From Utricularia gibba (lineage: Eukaryota > Plantae > Magnoliophyta): a stretch of DNA of 64,000 bases. Below are positions 23,754 through 38,173 of this stretch, piece by piece. Position numbers and translations under genes: made by a program. Position 1 is the first letter of the stretch, and the number at the start of each line of letters is the position of its first letter. The notes below the pieces were generated by a model that worked only from the letters and a program-made list of their open reading frames with translations, did not search any database and was not told where the DNA came from. The stretch is from positions 2,852,001-2,916,000 of the forward strand of contig NEEC01000007.1 of the NCBI GenBank assembly GCA_002189035.1, written 5' to 3'.

Positions 23754-24334
23754 TGGCTTGCGTCTGCTAAGTATTACTTTGCTGATTCCTGGTGGGGTGA
23801 TCAAGGGGTTTTTATACTCTAAACCCAAATAGACCAAAGAACACTTCCTGTAATAAGTTCCACACAAGTAAAAAGTAGCACTTTTCATGTAATAAGTCAA
23901 CCACGTTTGTGTTGTGCTGCCTACAGAGCATGTTTTAGATAAGGTCGAAGCAAGCTCCCATGCGCATGCACTGCTGATGATTAGACTAATCATTTTAATA
24001 CATGTTTTTGGTAACTTTAGGAGCCCCATGTGATCATTGACCGCTAGAAAGCAAGCCGTCTGTGTAATTCGACATGTGATGTATTATATTAGTTTTTTTT
24101 TGTTGAGCACGCCAAAACAGCATCTGCTGATAGATTCATGGTTCAACTGTCTGTAAACATCAGCTTCAACCATGTAATAACACGAAGCAGAGCAAATGAA
24201 CTCGAACATGGGAACTCTTGCAGACAGACGAGTAAGAATTAAAGCGCTACACCAACAACAAGGATGCATATTGGGAAGAGGAAACTAGGGTCATCGTTTA
24301 AGTGGTCAGCAACAAATCTCCAGTTGAGTTTGTT

Positions 24335-26004
24335 TCAAGACGAGGACACGCCAGGAGATGTGTTGTTGCCAGAGCAACTCAAGTCTAACTGCAGTCGAAA
24401 AACGGTGTCGTCCCGGCAAATATCCTGTAAAGCAATGGATAGATACCCTGAGGTGAGTTTTCCAATCCAGTTTTCAAGCAACGCTAGTATGGAATACCAA
24501 CCTTTGGGGAGCTTAGATGATTAAGAAGTCCGTAGTGGTTCTGGGATGGTGGACCAAACTGTGGGATGGCTACGGAGCTGGTGGCATTCGCAACAGAGGT
24601 CGTGAAGCTCGGCATAGTAGAGGAGCTGACAACATTAGTTTCCGGTACATTCTGCATGAAAACGTTGTGGTCCCTGGTTTGAAGTTCTGGAACTCCGATG
24701 GCATTCAGCCGGGCACTCCCTTCATGGAGCTCTGGCACTGACGATGAAGATACCATGGATTGTAGTGTGCTCAATGAATACCCAGGATGTAAACTTAATC
24801 CATTTCTCACAGTCAACATCTGCAAAACAAGCCTATGACCAGGCAGGCAATGACAGGTAACAAAATGCATTGATTTCGATGAAACTTCATATGCTGCAAT
24901 TAAGTTCTTGATAACACAAATAGAATATGACCTCATCCTCTACACTCCCCCAAGAGAGAAAAGCCTCGAAAGAGAATCATGAACTCATCATGCTTTTTCA
25001 AAAGCATTTTTTTTTTTCCTAGGGTGCTACACTCACCCTCTCTGCAGAACTTTTATCATCTTCCCACGACTACTGACCGACCTATCATGTTTTGATGTTC
25101 GATTTTGCAACTTGACTTCACATGAACCTCAAAAACAATCATGTGAGGACACCACTAGGAGGATTCCAAGGTGCTACTCGATCCATTACGTTTCACAAAA
25201 CGACTGCAAAATCCTCTGAACTTCGTCCTCTTGGTGTGTCGTGTATGCACAGTGATAAGAGGGAAAAAAAAAGGTGTTAGCAGAGTTGAAAAACCTGAAC
25301 TTGCCGTTGAAGCTGCTTGAGATATTCAATGGCTTCATCCAACATGGATGCCTTGTCAGTCTACCAAACAAAAAGGAAGGTCACTTCACATAGCAAACTA
25401 GAACATAACAAACCATCACACGTTTACTTTGTTGGAGTTTGGAATCAAGGTCTGAAGTGCTTTCAGCTTCTCATTAATCCGACTTCGTCTTCTCTGTTTA
25501 CGTAGTGTCATGGATTAGGGGAAAAAAACACACACACACACACAAACTGCATAAAGATGATTTGTTGTAAGAAATGGAAAAAACCTTCTCAGACAAATTA
25601 TGAACTTCTGCAGCTCTGGTTCTTTTAGAGGAGCGCGGGGGAGCAGAATTCGAAGCAGCAGCAACATCAAAAGAATCAGATCCCTGCTAAAACCAAACAA
25701 GGGTGTAAACATGGATGAATCATGAAAAGCTGCAACTTGTGCATATGCGAACTACCTCAGCTGTGGAACCCAGCACATACTTCACAGAATTCATCCTCTC
25801 GGAATCTCCAGTGAAAAAGCTGGTGGGATCAGAGAAATTGATGCTGGAGGAAGAAGACTCTGCTTTAATCCCTCCAGAGATAAACACACTGGTAGACGCT
25901 GTATTCCCATCGTGATTATGCGGCGGAGGAGACGAATTCTGAAGAAGAATTTGAAGGAAAGAAGACATATCCCCAGATTCATTGTTTCCATAAGGATCCG
26001 ACAT
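24335..26004 (-). CDS. SPT: SPATULA/ALCATRAZ-like bHLH transcription factor
   Basis: Exons 26004-25756, 25683-25585, 25493-25428, 25360-25295, 24819-24502 and 24424-24335. bHLH [67 protein letters not shown].SLHP; N-terminal DMSSFLQILL helix. Confidence 0.9.
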
Positions 26005-26411
26005 CTCAAACACCAAAACACGATCACAGAACACAAAACAACTCGAACCCCACAATAAAACTCAGCCCAGAAACCCAGATAAACCCGAGATCGAAATGGG
26101 AAGGATTTCCCAAATTGCCAACTTTTTTTCGGGAAAGCAGGAAAATTAATCAAGAACATATGGAGACATCCCGCTCATCAACATTTCGATCTTTCGAAAG
26201 AGGTTTCTAGTTCGTGGTCGATTATTCAAGTGACAGGAGCATCTGGGGGAGTTTCCTTCCTGTGGGTTGTCTTTTTCGGGATAAAGCTCAACTGAAATCA
26301 GCTCACTCTTGACGACCCGCCACCCGCCTTAATCTCCATCGTTATTCACACTAAAACCACCCCATTTCACACTCAGTAATCCCCCAAACCGGAGACTTAT
26401 ATAGCATCCAT

Positions 26412-26440
26412 CCATTCCAATTCCAATTCCAATTCCAATT
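26412..26440. repeat. (AATTCC)n hexamer microsatellite
   Basis: CCATTCCAATTCCAATTCCAATTCCAATT. Confidence 0.7.
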
Positions 26441-28310
26441 TCAAATATCCAAGTGAGATCCTTGAGAAAGTGGATACACTCACCAAAGCAGCAGCGTACC
26501 CAATATTTTATTTCCCAATTGAAAAGCAAATGAATGAATATGCTGGAGCAATTATTGCACATGATGCAGGAGGGGGAGGCCAGAGGAACAGTGCTCCGCG
26601 ACGCGAGGTTCAATTAATTGCAACTTGCAAGGCGCTCCCTTCCGGCCCCCTGTCCGATACGGAAATCCCAGCAATAGGCCCGTGCCCCGGTGCCCCAACC
26701 AAGATCTCCGGTCCCGAGGCACTCCTGCTCAAGGAATAGATTTGTTTTGGTTGCGCTTTGTCCGAACGCGAATCATGGTCAGGGTCGGGTCAACAATGTC
26801 GGGCGGGCGGGTCCACATTGACCAGACAGCAGTTACTGTTCATTCAAGAATGCCCACCGTCCCTATCCACCACCATATTCCTTCTTTATGACAACCCTTT
26901 GTTTCCCAACACTTCACTTGCCTTCCTGTCATTTTTTTAAAAAAAATTGTGTATTTAAAAGAATTTCAACAAGAAAGCCCACTCAATATGCAATTATTTC
27001 ATTAAGGATCACGAATACTCTAATCTTTTTTACGATGATGTAATGTTAATATTTCGTAAATTTAATTCTTTTCATAAATTTAAAGCTGTAAATCCTTACT
27101 TTTTCCCCCTCATTTTTTAGATTTTTGCAAAGTAAGAGGTGAAAATAAAAAATAACACATGAATAAATTTCATCCAACTAAAAAAAAGAAACAACTATTG
27201 GAATTAAAATACTCATGGTTAAGTATATATTCCAACCTACTTCTTTTTTACCTTTACTTCCAAAAAAAGTAAAATAAAAATTAAATCAGAACAAAATAAC
27301 ATTTTAATTTCTACTTCTAACTTTTCAACAATTTCTATTTTTTTGCAAAATATATTGAGTATTAGAATTAATTTTGAGTTAATTCTGCCTTTTTATTTCT
27401 ACTTCTATTTTAAACTTTACATTTACATGTAAATTAATAAACTCAATTTGTAATGAACAATGACATATCTATCACGATCAAGTTAACATGTGACTGTGTT
27501 TGGTAGCGAACTAAAATTATACATGTATATATTATACTGATATAAATTTATCCACATTATCGGGATAAATTTAAGAAGGAGATTGAAGAAATATATGCTT
27601 ATATTAAGTAAAAAAGTATACGGACAAAAATTATACTAATTACCAAATACAAATTCTATATTCTAATATCTAATATATCTCTATTTATACCAGCTACCAA
27701 ATACAACCATAAAAATAAAGATGAAATATCATGATTAATATGTTGCTAGTGTAATTTTCATTAAAATAAATAATTTAATTGTGATTTTCATTATTCCAAT
27801 TCAATATATTTCATTTTTTTATGTTTTGTTTAAATTAATGATATTATTATTCTTATTACATCTACATACATTATCAATAATGATTTTCTTTTATAAAAAT
27901 ATAAAAGTGATAATTTATTTTTAGTAGTATGATAGATTTGGAATTTATCATAAAAATAAGAATTAAAAATCAATACACATGATAAAACATGATTTGTAAC
28001 TTTTCCAAAAATAATTTCTACTTTCTACTAATTTTTTTAACTTCTTGAAAAAGATAAGTTATTGTTTTAAAAGTAAGTTAGAACATACCATAATTATAGC
28101 ACCATTATAAGTTACAAAATGGTGCTACATTCTTCGTAGAGAACAAGGAAACAACATGGGTGCACTGCACTAAAACCAGAGCAACAATTTCAAGCAAAAA
28201 AGACAGGCAGACTGCATGCAGCACAATTGAGATGAAGCATTTCAGAGCAATTACTCGTTGAAGAAGCTTAAGGTTATCTTGTTTGCATCCGGGGAAGAAG
28301 CTCGGTCCAT

Positions 28311-30314
28311 TTATCGATTGATCGGAGTGAGCAATCTGTGAACTATTCTGTTTACAGCATCGCGCGACATGACAAGGGTATCATGCAGCAAGATGCTGTA
28401 GACGTTCAGACCCTGTAAACAAATCACCGTAAAATAAACAAAGGGATAATGTACGAATGGAGGTAGTGTTCTGCAGAGCTGAACAGAACGAGCAATATAA
28501 GCTGCTTTTGCTTCTTTTGTTGAATCTTGGATTTCAAAATTTCAGATCTAACCTAGATGAAATATAGTTTCGAAAATAGGCAACTTGCAAACTTACAATT
28601 GAAGGTAGCACATTGACATAATGAAGATTCTGGGTAGCAAGCTTCAGCTTTTCATTGATTGGCCCACCATCAACAAGTAGAAGTTTTTTTGCACTCTCCA
28701 GTTGTTGCACATAGTTAACGATATTCTTCGTCTTGTGAGTCGGAACCTCAAGATTCTCAAAAACAATAAGCTGCAGAACATAGGATGTCTTATAAGCTAG
28801 TTTGAGAATCTCTCTCTAGGTAGTCAAACAAGGAATGGGCTGCAAATGGTCACATAAGGGCAAGAATTTGACATGGGAAAAAACGTCAAGGGATAATAGG
28901 TGTAGGGAATTGATAATAGGCCACAGGCAACACAGCTTGTTACGTGTACAGTTTAGACACAGGACAGTCTTGACGGAGAGGCATCATAACATTGGAGGAA
29001 ATCCGAAAGAAACATTATATTTCTATACTGAAACACTTACCTTTCCCTCGGCAGCACGCGCAGATAGTGCAATCTTGAGTCCCAGTCGGCGAACCTTTTT
29101 GTTCAACTTGATAGCATGGCTCCGTGGCTTGGGACCATGCATGGTGGCACCACCTCTGAACTGGCTCCATCAGATACATGTAGGTGAGTGCAAGAGAAAA
29201 TCTTAAAATGAAGTAGGAAACAACATACACACCCCAAAACCAGTGCAAGTTCACCTGTGGGCCACGTAAGGTTCCATGCCTTGCTCTGCCTGTACCCTTC
29301 TGCCGCCAAGGTTTTCTACCGGTGCCGCTGACCTCACTAATAGTCTTTGTTGAGTGAGTCCCCTAAAAAACAAAAACCGAGACAATCGGTAAATTCTCCA
29401 CTCAGTTGGAGAAACAGAGATAAAAAGCAACAGAAACCAATCTATAAATTTTGGCAACAAAAGGCTTGGGGCTACAAGACACGGCAGAATATATATGCCC
29501 ATCTCTGAAAACAAAACACTGTCAAACCTGCTGCTGTTTAGCACGCTGCCAAAGTACAACGCGGTGAATGATATCCTTCCTTATCGGCACATCAAAAACT
29601 TCACCAGATAACACCATAAACCCCTTATCCTCGTTCTGAAAATTTGTTACTGGAATTACCAGGTCTTCCAATCGACCTTAAACAGTTAAACAAAAAAAGG
29701 CATTTGGAAATGCGACCAGAATAAAACAGCAAACCAGAAAAAACAACCTAGGAATAAATATTCTCGCCATATTTCTACAACATGAATAAACATTACAATG
29801 AAAGCTTGATCGCACAAAAATAATATCAATTCATTGCACCTATTTCCCGATCAAGGGTGAGTACTTGTTGGGAGCGTGAAAAGTCATACGGGACCGTGCC
29901 TTCCCCCGCATTTGGGGTCAAGATTGTGGAAGAGTACCACCGGAAAATGTTTGAAAGTACCTGATTTATATATCAACAATCAAAATTCGACCGGCATGAA
30001 AATACCCACAACTGAAGCGAATTAAGATAGTATAGATTTTGCTTAAAATCCATATGCATACTCGAAAATAACCACCTTGTTGTCCGCAGATGACTGCCCC
30101 GGAAAAAGGCCTGGCAGATTACGATGACAACGGAATGCTGCTTCAAATTAAATAGCGAAAAAATTAAATACAACACAGGAAAGTAAGAGTTTGCATTAAA
30201 AGAATTCCTAAACCAGTAGAATATGAACTAACGAAAACTAACTCCAAAAAGATGAGAGAGTAGGTACACACGGGAGCTGAAGGCACGCAGTGCTTTCAAA
30301 ATCGAAGACGCCAT
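28311..30314 (-). CDS. RPL4: Organellar (mitochondrial-type) 50S ribosomal protein L4
   Basis: Exons include 29676-29528, 29362-29255, 29160-29041, 28770-28597 and 28412-28311. Motifs [40 protein letters not shown] and [11 protein letters not shown]...PINR. Boundaries of the 5' transit-peptide exons are uncertain. Confidence 0.92.
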
Positions 30315-30899
30315 CAGATTCCGAGCTCCAGAATAATCAATCAAACGTACGAGAACCCAGCAATTTCTCACTCAAATCATCACTTGGTAGCCACCGCGAA
30401 ATGCGAGCGACGGACTGGTGGAAGTAGACTGAGATGTCGAGAGATCAAATGCATCGATGACTGCTCTGTTCTTCTCGCCTGACTCAAAACCCCTAAAATC
30501 TCTTGGGCTGGGCCTTTTATGGGTAGTTTAACAGTGCAGACTCTCTAAATAAGATTGAAATGAGGCCCAGGCCCAATACCCAGCACTTTCTTTGAGTGTG
30601 GTCTATTGAAGAAAGCTGAACAATGTTTATTCATCAAGTATCATTTACAAATCTAATCATCCTAACATTTTATTATACACATTACATTAAAAAAATACAT
30701 TAAAGATAATCAGATTTCTCATACAATAATGAGAAGGTGATCAGATTTCTAAATACCCCCAACTATGATTACATTCTTTTTTTATTTAAGTGGACTAGTA
30801 AAAGTGACACGCAAACTTGAAAAAGATGGACAAAAGAATGCCCCTCAAAAGAGGAATAGAAAAAAAAAAAAAAAACACAGCAGTCAACAAGACCCTTAA

Positions 30900-32072
30900 C
30901 TAAAGCCATGACTCATCTTCACTGTCCAATAAGAAATCACCATCTCCCATTTCTTCTTCTTCAGTCAATGTGGCTGTAATCCAGTCATCATCCTCATCAT
31001 ACTCCCCTGAGAGGGATGATCCACTGAATCTGATATCACTGCCTCGGAACTCAGTGTCCCCATCAAAAAAACTAACTGTAAAACCTCCATGAACATCATC
31101 AGTAGAGTCTGCCATCCTCATTTCAAGATCACTATCCTTAACATCTCTGTTTTCTACCTTAATCCATGGAATCCAGACATCAGCGAATCTCCCTAGAGAT
31201 CTATCCTGATCACCCACAACCACAGTTCCTATATTCGCATCTCTGGCTTTGTTCAGCATCTCAGAGAAGTCGGAATCATCTGAAACCAACACAATCCAAT
31301 CTACACCACTACTCATTGAATGCAAAATCTGTCTTTTCAAAGCCCAATCAGCAGCTTGGGGCTTATCCTGCACAGTTTTCACGAACACGCCAGCTCGTTT
31401 CAACTCCTGAGCTAAGCCATAACCGACTTTGGGTGTTAGCAAGCTACGAGCTGCTTCATTGTACTTTTCATTACCATCTATAAACCTTTCCTTGAAACGC
31501 TGCCTTTTTTTGCCCTTCAAGCTTCTCATCCTGCCAAGCTTCTTCTGCCTCTCCCTCTCGTGCAATTGTTGAAAATGCTTCTTTAAATCCATATGCGTCT
31601 TGCACTTCCTACCGCAAACGGAGCAGATGTAGGGCTGTGGAGAAGACACGAGCTCTTTCCGTTCGAGGAGATCGATTTGCCGCCTTTCGCGGCGTTCCTC
31701 GACTACCCATTGAGGAATATGAATGAAAGCGTGGCGATTAGCGTAAGCCGAGATGTCGATTACGGACCCGAATTTCTGGGCGACCGATTTCAGGGCTATC
31801 GCAGCATCGTATGGCGGCCCGCGCGGCGGCTTGTTGTCTAGATCCCAGAGTATCACGACTCGTTTCTCCTTTGGAGCGTACACCCCCTCTTTCGTTCTCA
31901 CCATATCGATTTCTCCGTGCGAAGCGCATGACTTCACGGGGAAGAAACGGCGGCGAGGATTAGAATCGAAGTGAAGGCTCGTTGCAAAGGATTTATGCGG
32001 CCGTGCTGAGGAGGAGAACAAGAATCTGGTGTTGAGGTTAAGGCGCTCGATGAGATTGATCGTGGCCACCAT
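30900..32072 (-). CDS. NYN/PIN-like domain protein with inserted C2H2 zinc finger and probable plastid transit peptide
   Basis: Intronless 390-aa ORF. VILWDLDNKPP, C..C...K.H...H finger, VLVSDDSDF motif and acidic tail; S/R/F-rich N-terminus. Confidence 0.85.
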   Translation of the reverse strand: MVATINLIERLNLNTRFLFSSSARPHKSFATSLHFDSNPRRRFFPVKSCASHGEIDMVRTKEGVYAPKEKRVVILWDLDNKPPRGPPYDAAIALKSVAQKFGSVIDISAYANRHAFIHIPQWVVEERRERRQIDLLERKELVSSPQPYICSVCGRKCKTHMDLKKHFQQLHERERQKKLGRMRSLKGKKRQRFKERFIDGNEKYNEAARSLLTPKVGYGLAQELKRAGVFVKTVQDKPQAADWALKRQILHSMSSGVDWIVLVSDDSDFSEMLNKARDANIGTVVVGDQDRSLGRFADVWIPWIKVENRDVKDSDLEMRMADSTDDVHGGFTVSFFDGDTEFRGSDIRFSGSSLSGEYDEDDDWITATLTEEEEMGDGDFLLDSEDESWL

Positions 32073-35000
32073 TTCTGGAGGCTTCCTCCCAACCCCTGTA
32101 ACTTGAACTAACAGACCAAGGGGAGGATAAAGGTGGGACTGGGGGCTCTGCTCCGTTGGATATTTTCGTGAGGGCAATATTATCATTTCCCGTTATCAAT
32201 GGGCTGAAAATGGCCCAACATAAGAGAACGCGGGGGCCAAATGCATCTCACCTAAGACCTGCTCTGCAATCGACAATCGACAATCAACATTACACTTGCA
32301 TTAATTTAAGTTACTGGATGATTAGCAAATACTTCAACTGGGGTGGGTCCCACTGAAAACTGACCCTACAATCCACATGCATGGTCATTAAAATTTAGTA
32401 TAAGTTGATGAAATACATTATTTTGTATTTTCGTTTACAAAATACATTTTTTTGGAGAAGATCGGGAAAACTCATTTTCATGTATTTTTGTTTTTTTAAT
32501 TTTTTTTTGATTCCGATCGATACAAATTATTGTTTTGTATTGATAGGAGGTGAAATTGTCTATTCGACTTAAAACCATTGTTTGAAAATCGAATCAACCA
32601 TCAAATCGTATTTTAGATAGTTTAAAAACATCCACTTATTTTTGCATGTACTGCTTATTTTATTTCATATAAGTTTCACAAGACCATACTTTCTCTGAGT
32701 GTAAGTGTATGTGGCAATGCCACTCTCTAGTTATGAATGCCTTGGGGGATGCAATATCGAATTCCTACTAGATGTGCCACTTGCTAATTGCGAAGTTCGG
32801 GAGGGATGCAATATTGAATTATGTGACGCTATCAAGGCAGGTTGTATAGTGAGGCTCAATTTGACACCATAGTACGACAAATGTTTGAATAAGGACCCCT
32901 CATTGCGTTGTATCCTATGGAAAGTAATGTACTATCTCATCTAGAATGTGACAGCTCACTATAATAAGAGATCGAATACATTGAAGACTTATTGAATGAG
33001 ATCACATATGCATAGTCCTAACTTGGAGGAGGAGGAGTATTCAAATAAATTGAGCTCGGCCTCTTACAATTTGAATCCAATTATTTTCATTCAAATTAAT
33101 TTTATCGTTTATTTTCTTTTTATTACAGATAATTCTCAATTTTTCTTTTTTATTAATATTTTTTTATTTAAATCTTAAATATGCAAATTTTTTAAATATT
33201 ATTATTTTCATCATAATTGATATGAGTAATAAATTAGTTTTTAAAATCAATTATCTCAATATTTTAAGTTATTCATTATTAAATAAAAGATTAATATTAT
33301 CATGAATATTTACATGATCTATGCTAATATGGTAATAACTTAACTCTAAATCTAATGAATTATATGTATTAATAAAATATTACACAATCATATGATAAAT
33401 ATACACATCATTATATATTAAAAAATAAATATTTATATTAATATTATACAAAATGTAGAGTTTTAATACATGAAAAATCAATATAAAATTAATATAAATC
33501 AGTAAGAAGTTGAAGTTGAGAAAAATTAATATTATATTTACGTACAAGTCTACATTGTATTCTTAGTTTAATGGATTAAAGTTTTACCGCATCCCAGATT
33601 CATTAGAAATCAAGAAGAAGTTGAAGTTGAGAGTTTTGACATCATAAAACTCAATTTTATTACAAGTAACACAAGAATCTATAATAATATTTAACTCGCG
33701 TTGTAAAATCTCGACAAACAGATTTATTTAAATTCTAAGTTTGCCTAGAAACACCTTTACATTCTCACAATCATATATGATAAAATTGAAGTATTAATCT
33801 TGAAAGATATTTTCACCAAAGAATACATGAACGTAAATATTCGATATGGTGATTATGTATAAAATCTGTTTTAAGAAAGGTGACCGCATGTTCGAGATGT
33901 AATATTCGGAAATGAAGAATTTCAAGATTATTTTGTCAATTAAAAATATAGATAGGATTTAATATTCACCCACAATAAAAATAGTATGTGTATTTCACTG
34001 AGTTATCCACACGCTTCTCACTAAGTTTCCATGTATTTTTGGCCGTTAATTGTATTCCATTGACAAAAATAGTATGTAAAAAATGTCTTTTGCAAGTAGA
34101 AAATACAAAATGATGTATTTCACAAATTTCATCTAGTATAAATATACTTATCAAATACTTTCGGTAAATATGTACGAAACTTTGAAAATATGGATATTTT
34201 TATACTGAACGACGATGCCAAAAATCAACAATGTACGGTGAATTGATTTAAACTGATGTATACTCAAGAACTGGACCTAAGCTCATGAATTAATATAAAA
34301 AAGGGAAATGGCATTGAAGAATTGGGTAGAAATCAAGACGTTAATTAGTAAAGCAAATTGAAGTAACGGATACACCAATGACCAATAAAGTGGTTCAAAG
34401 GTAGTCGGTATCTTAATTACACATCTTGATAACACATATTTTGGAATGTTTAAGAATAAGAAAATAATTAATATTTTGCTACAAAATTCGGATTTTATTG
34501 TGTATTTTTACGTTTTTATGATTAGAACCACTATTTGGGTCTGTTTTTTACTAATTGAGACAAAATCATGGATTTAATTTCAATATTAGATCTAATCATT
34601 TTCTTGGTCAATGTATCACTTTTTATCAGTCCAAATCCCAAAAAACTCAAAGGGAGCATTGAAGCGGCAGGAGGTTGTTATAGAAAATGAAAATATCAAA
34701 TATCAAATTTGAATGTGAAAGAAAAAGTAGATTTTTTGGATAATGAAGAAAAAGAAAAAATATGTACACGTTTGGAACCACATGCCCATGGATTTCTTGG
34801 GGGGAGATTTAGGGAAAAAGCTATAGGATGAACGAAGAAGACGAATCAAAAACCAAACCCTTATTGGAAGACTTTTTTTGCTTATGAACAACATTAATCT
34901 AAGATAGGAATAATTTTAGTTTTTTCGCGCAAAGTCTTTAAGATTCCAATTACTCCTTACGTTATTGTCTCTTTTCTTATTATTAAGTTGTAGAACGAGG

Positions 35001-38000
35001 ATGATATTCATGTTATGCTATAAAATTAATTTATTTTTCTTTAGTATGGGTAGCTAAACACCTAAGATTGCCTTGGGATCGAAGGAGGATAATGCACAAA
35101 TCATTTTTTTGATCTTATTAGTCATAAATCACAACTTTCTTAACATATTAGGCTACATTCAGGAGAGAAGGTAGTGACATTCATTTTAAACAATACTAAT
35201 TAGAGGTATACCAAAGATTCAGAAAAAAAGTAGCTGATACATTCAGAATCGATCAATTAGAGCTTTTTTATAAATAGAATCCCATATCTCAAGAATAGAA
35301 GTCTAACTCCATTATATCCTTTATAAATATCTCATTTTATGTTAGGGCAGTTTACATTTAAAAATCCTTGGTCTTACTTTACTACTCACCATATTTTCAA
35401 AACCATAATCTTACAAATCGACAACTCGGATCACCAAAACATACAATTTAGTTCTAAAAATTTGGATCGCTACGTATTACTGATTTGTAACCACAACACC
35501 AACTTTGAAAATTCTTATTTTCTTTTATTTATTAATTATCAAAATTTTTATTATTTTGATTATTATACACGTATAAATTTGTTTTCATTACAAATTATAT
35601 ATATAATTAAAATTAATACTTATATATTTATATGAATTGATCTCTTAATAACGTTTACAATATTTTAATTCATTTAATTATTTTTTAATCTCTTAATACT
35701 ATTTTGAATTAATTTTAATTTTTATATAATAATATAATTTTACACGAAAACGAATGAAAACTTCAATCATTAAGATCCAAGATAGAAATATAGCAGACTT
35801 GGTTGCTAACGTAAATTATATAAAACCCATTCCATGTAGTTGGATGTGTAAGGATTTAGCATTTGCAGCATGTATTGTACATGAACTATATTTGTGTATC
35901 TATATTTTTATACGATTTAAAGGTTTTGGATTTAGGGTTTAAAATATGAAATTTATGTTTGGGGCATGCGTTCAGGTTAATTATTTGAATTAAATTTGTG
36001 TTTTTTATTTGAATTAATTATTTGAAGTTAATTTTGATACGCCTTAACCTCAAATATAGACTGTCAAGCTTAGCGTATATAGTCATGCATCATAATATCC
36101 TTAATACACTTTTATTAAAAAATTTGAATGCATAATAAGAGATAAGTTTAAAAAAATTATGATTTTTTATCACATTATTCATGCAGTTTGACTAGTGTAA
36201 GATATGGTTTGTCATGTATGTGTGAGTTATAAATTCATTGGATATACGAATTAGCATTTTACACAACGATGTAAAATTTTTCGTTTATCATCTTTACAAA
36301 TTGTTTTGACGTCCAAAGGAAGTTTAATATCTTAGACAGTGAGTTATTATAAAATGCATCCTTTTGTGTATGAGAACCACCTTGCTAGTATTCAAATGAG
36401 ACAAATGGAGGATTTTAAGTTTCCCAAAACCTGATTGTTTATATGGTATTCTTAGAAAATATGTGGTTGTGAATGTACACCACTAGAAAAATAGGTTATC
36501 TATGGAAAGCAAGACTGATACAATATCAAACATGTCTACGCGAAATAGCTTGTCTAATACAATAGCTTATAAAGAAAGAGTAGATCATGGAATTCTTCTA
36601 AATAGTAGTTGAGCAATCCAGTGAAGAACAAAAGTAAATAATTTGGATTGAGACTTAAGACATAAAAAGTAAAAATAAAATGATCAATTCGATTCTATGC
36701 ATTTAGATGGATCCAAGACACTTATATTTGTTCAAATGAGTCAACTTACGAATTACTTGTGTGAACTTGTATTTTATTCAGATAGTGCTTTTGAAGGGTT
36801 CTAAAAAACTGTGTGTTTGTCCGCAAATCCTTCAACAATGACTTTTAAAGAGATACAAGGCCATGAGCCTAATAATCTACATCGAGGTAACGATTGAGAT
36901 CTTAGCACTCGGATTGCAGGATAAGTGCCCGGGTAGCTGCTCATTGTTAATAGATTTTTTCCTTTGATGTGAATTGAAGTATCTTGATTTTCTAGTTTTG
37001 TGGATCAACATACTATCTTCCATTTGTTTAGTAAGAACAAGCATGACACCTAAAGAAAAAAATGTTCAAAAATTTGAGTGTTATAGAAAGAAACTTTTGC
37101 ATTGATAATATTATTAAGTAGGGCATATGCTTGGAAGGGGGATATTTTGAGCATGGTAGGTCACATCCATACCTGAAATTTAGGCATTGATGCATAATTT
37201 GCTTTGTACAGTGTTGTCCCTTTCATTACCCGATTAGATATATTCTTATTTAAAAAGCGTACAAAAAATAGGAGAGTTACACGTCCATTGGGATCCAAAA
37301 CAGGTATGATTGGGATTAGGGGTCGCTGTCATCACTGCCTATTATTCACAATTTAATAATTAATTATTCAGGATTAATGATAATACCGTTGCTTGATTGC
37401 ATCGCTTGCCCGAATTGGACCCCCTGCCTCGTGCTCTGTCGACATAACGCCATGCCCGATTTATCCAAATAACGCCGTTTTCAATTTCCATATTAGAAAT
37501 ATTTTGAAATTAAATAGCCACGTGTGCGGTTGGAGGAAAACGAACTGTGCGGTGTAGGGCTCATGGGAGGGAGGGAGGAGGTGAAAGGGAATCTTGATTG
37601 GCCTCCTCCAGTGCGCCACAGCTGGCAAAACCCACATCGGAAACGGACAAAACACACGCCCCCGCCCCCGGCCCCTTTTTTACTCTTCTTTTTTTTTTTT
37701 ATAAAAAAAAGGGCTCATGATGATTCTGCTCATTATCCGCGTGGGACCTACAAAACTAACTGCTGATGCTCATGTGGCCCCCGCCCTCCCACCGCCACAT
37801 GTTTCATTGCAGACCGTTGGTTGAAGCAAGAGTGATGATGAGGATGAGGAGGTAGTTTAGGGTTTCCTTTAAATGTGTTATTACCCTCCCTTGATATTAA
37901 GACCATGTTTTTTAACGTTGTAAACATCTGCCCTAAGATTACTTATGTGCAAGTAAGTGCGTTTTCATTCCGTTCAAAAATCATAAAAATTGAATTTGAA

Positions 38001-38117
38001 TTCCACCGCCGAGGTCGTTGCCTCTTTTTAAATGCCGAAATTTGAATTTTTATAGTACGGGTAACCGCGTGTCCGACAGTGTCTTAAAATATTGGGAATC
38101 TCACCACCACCACCACA

Positions 38118-38173
38118 ACAGCAACAAAATAAAATAAAATAAAATAAAGAAAAGAAAAGAAAAGAAAAGAAAA
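38118..38173. repeat. Compound (AAAAT)n(AAAAG)n microsatellite
   Basis: Visible pentamer arrays upstream of the MYB gene. Confidence 0.7.

Noticed and set aside
37628-37706. ACCCACATCG resembling a plant snRNA USE
   Set aside because: The nearest TATA is about 60 bp away, too far for Pol II or Pol III snRNA promoters, and no snRNA body follows.
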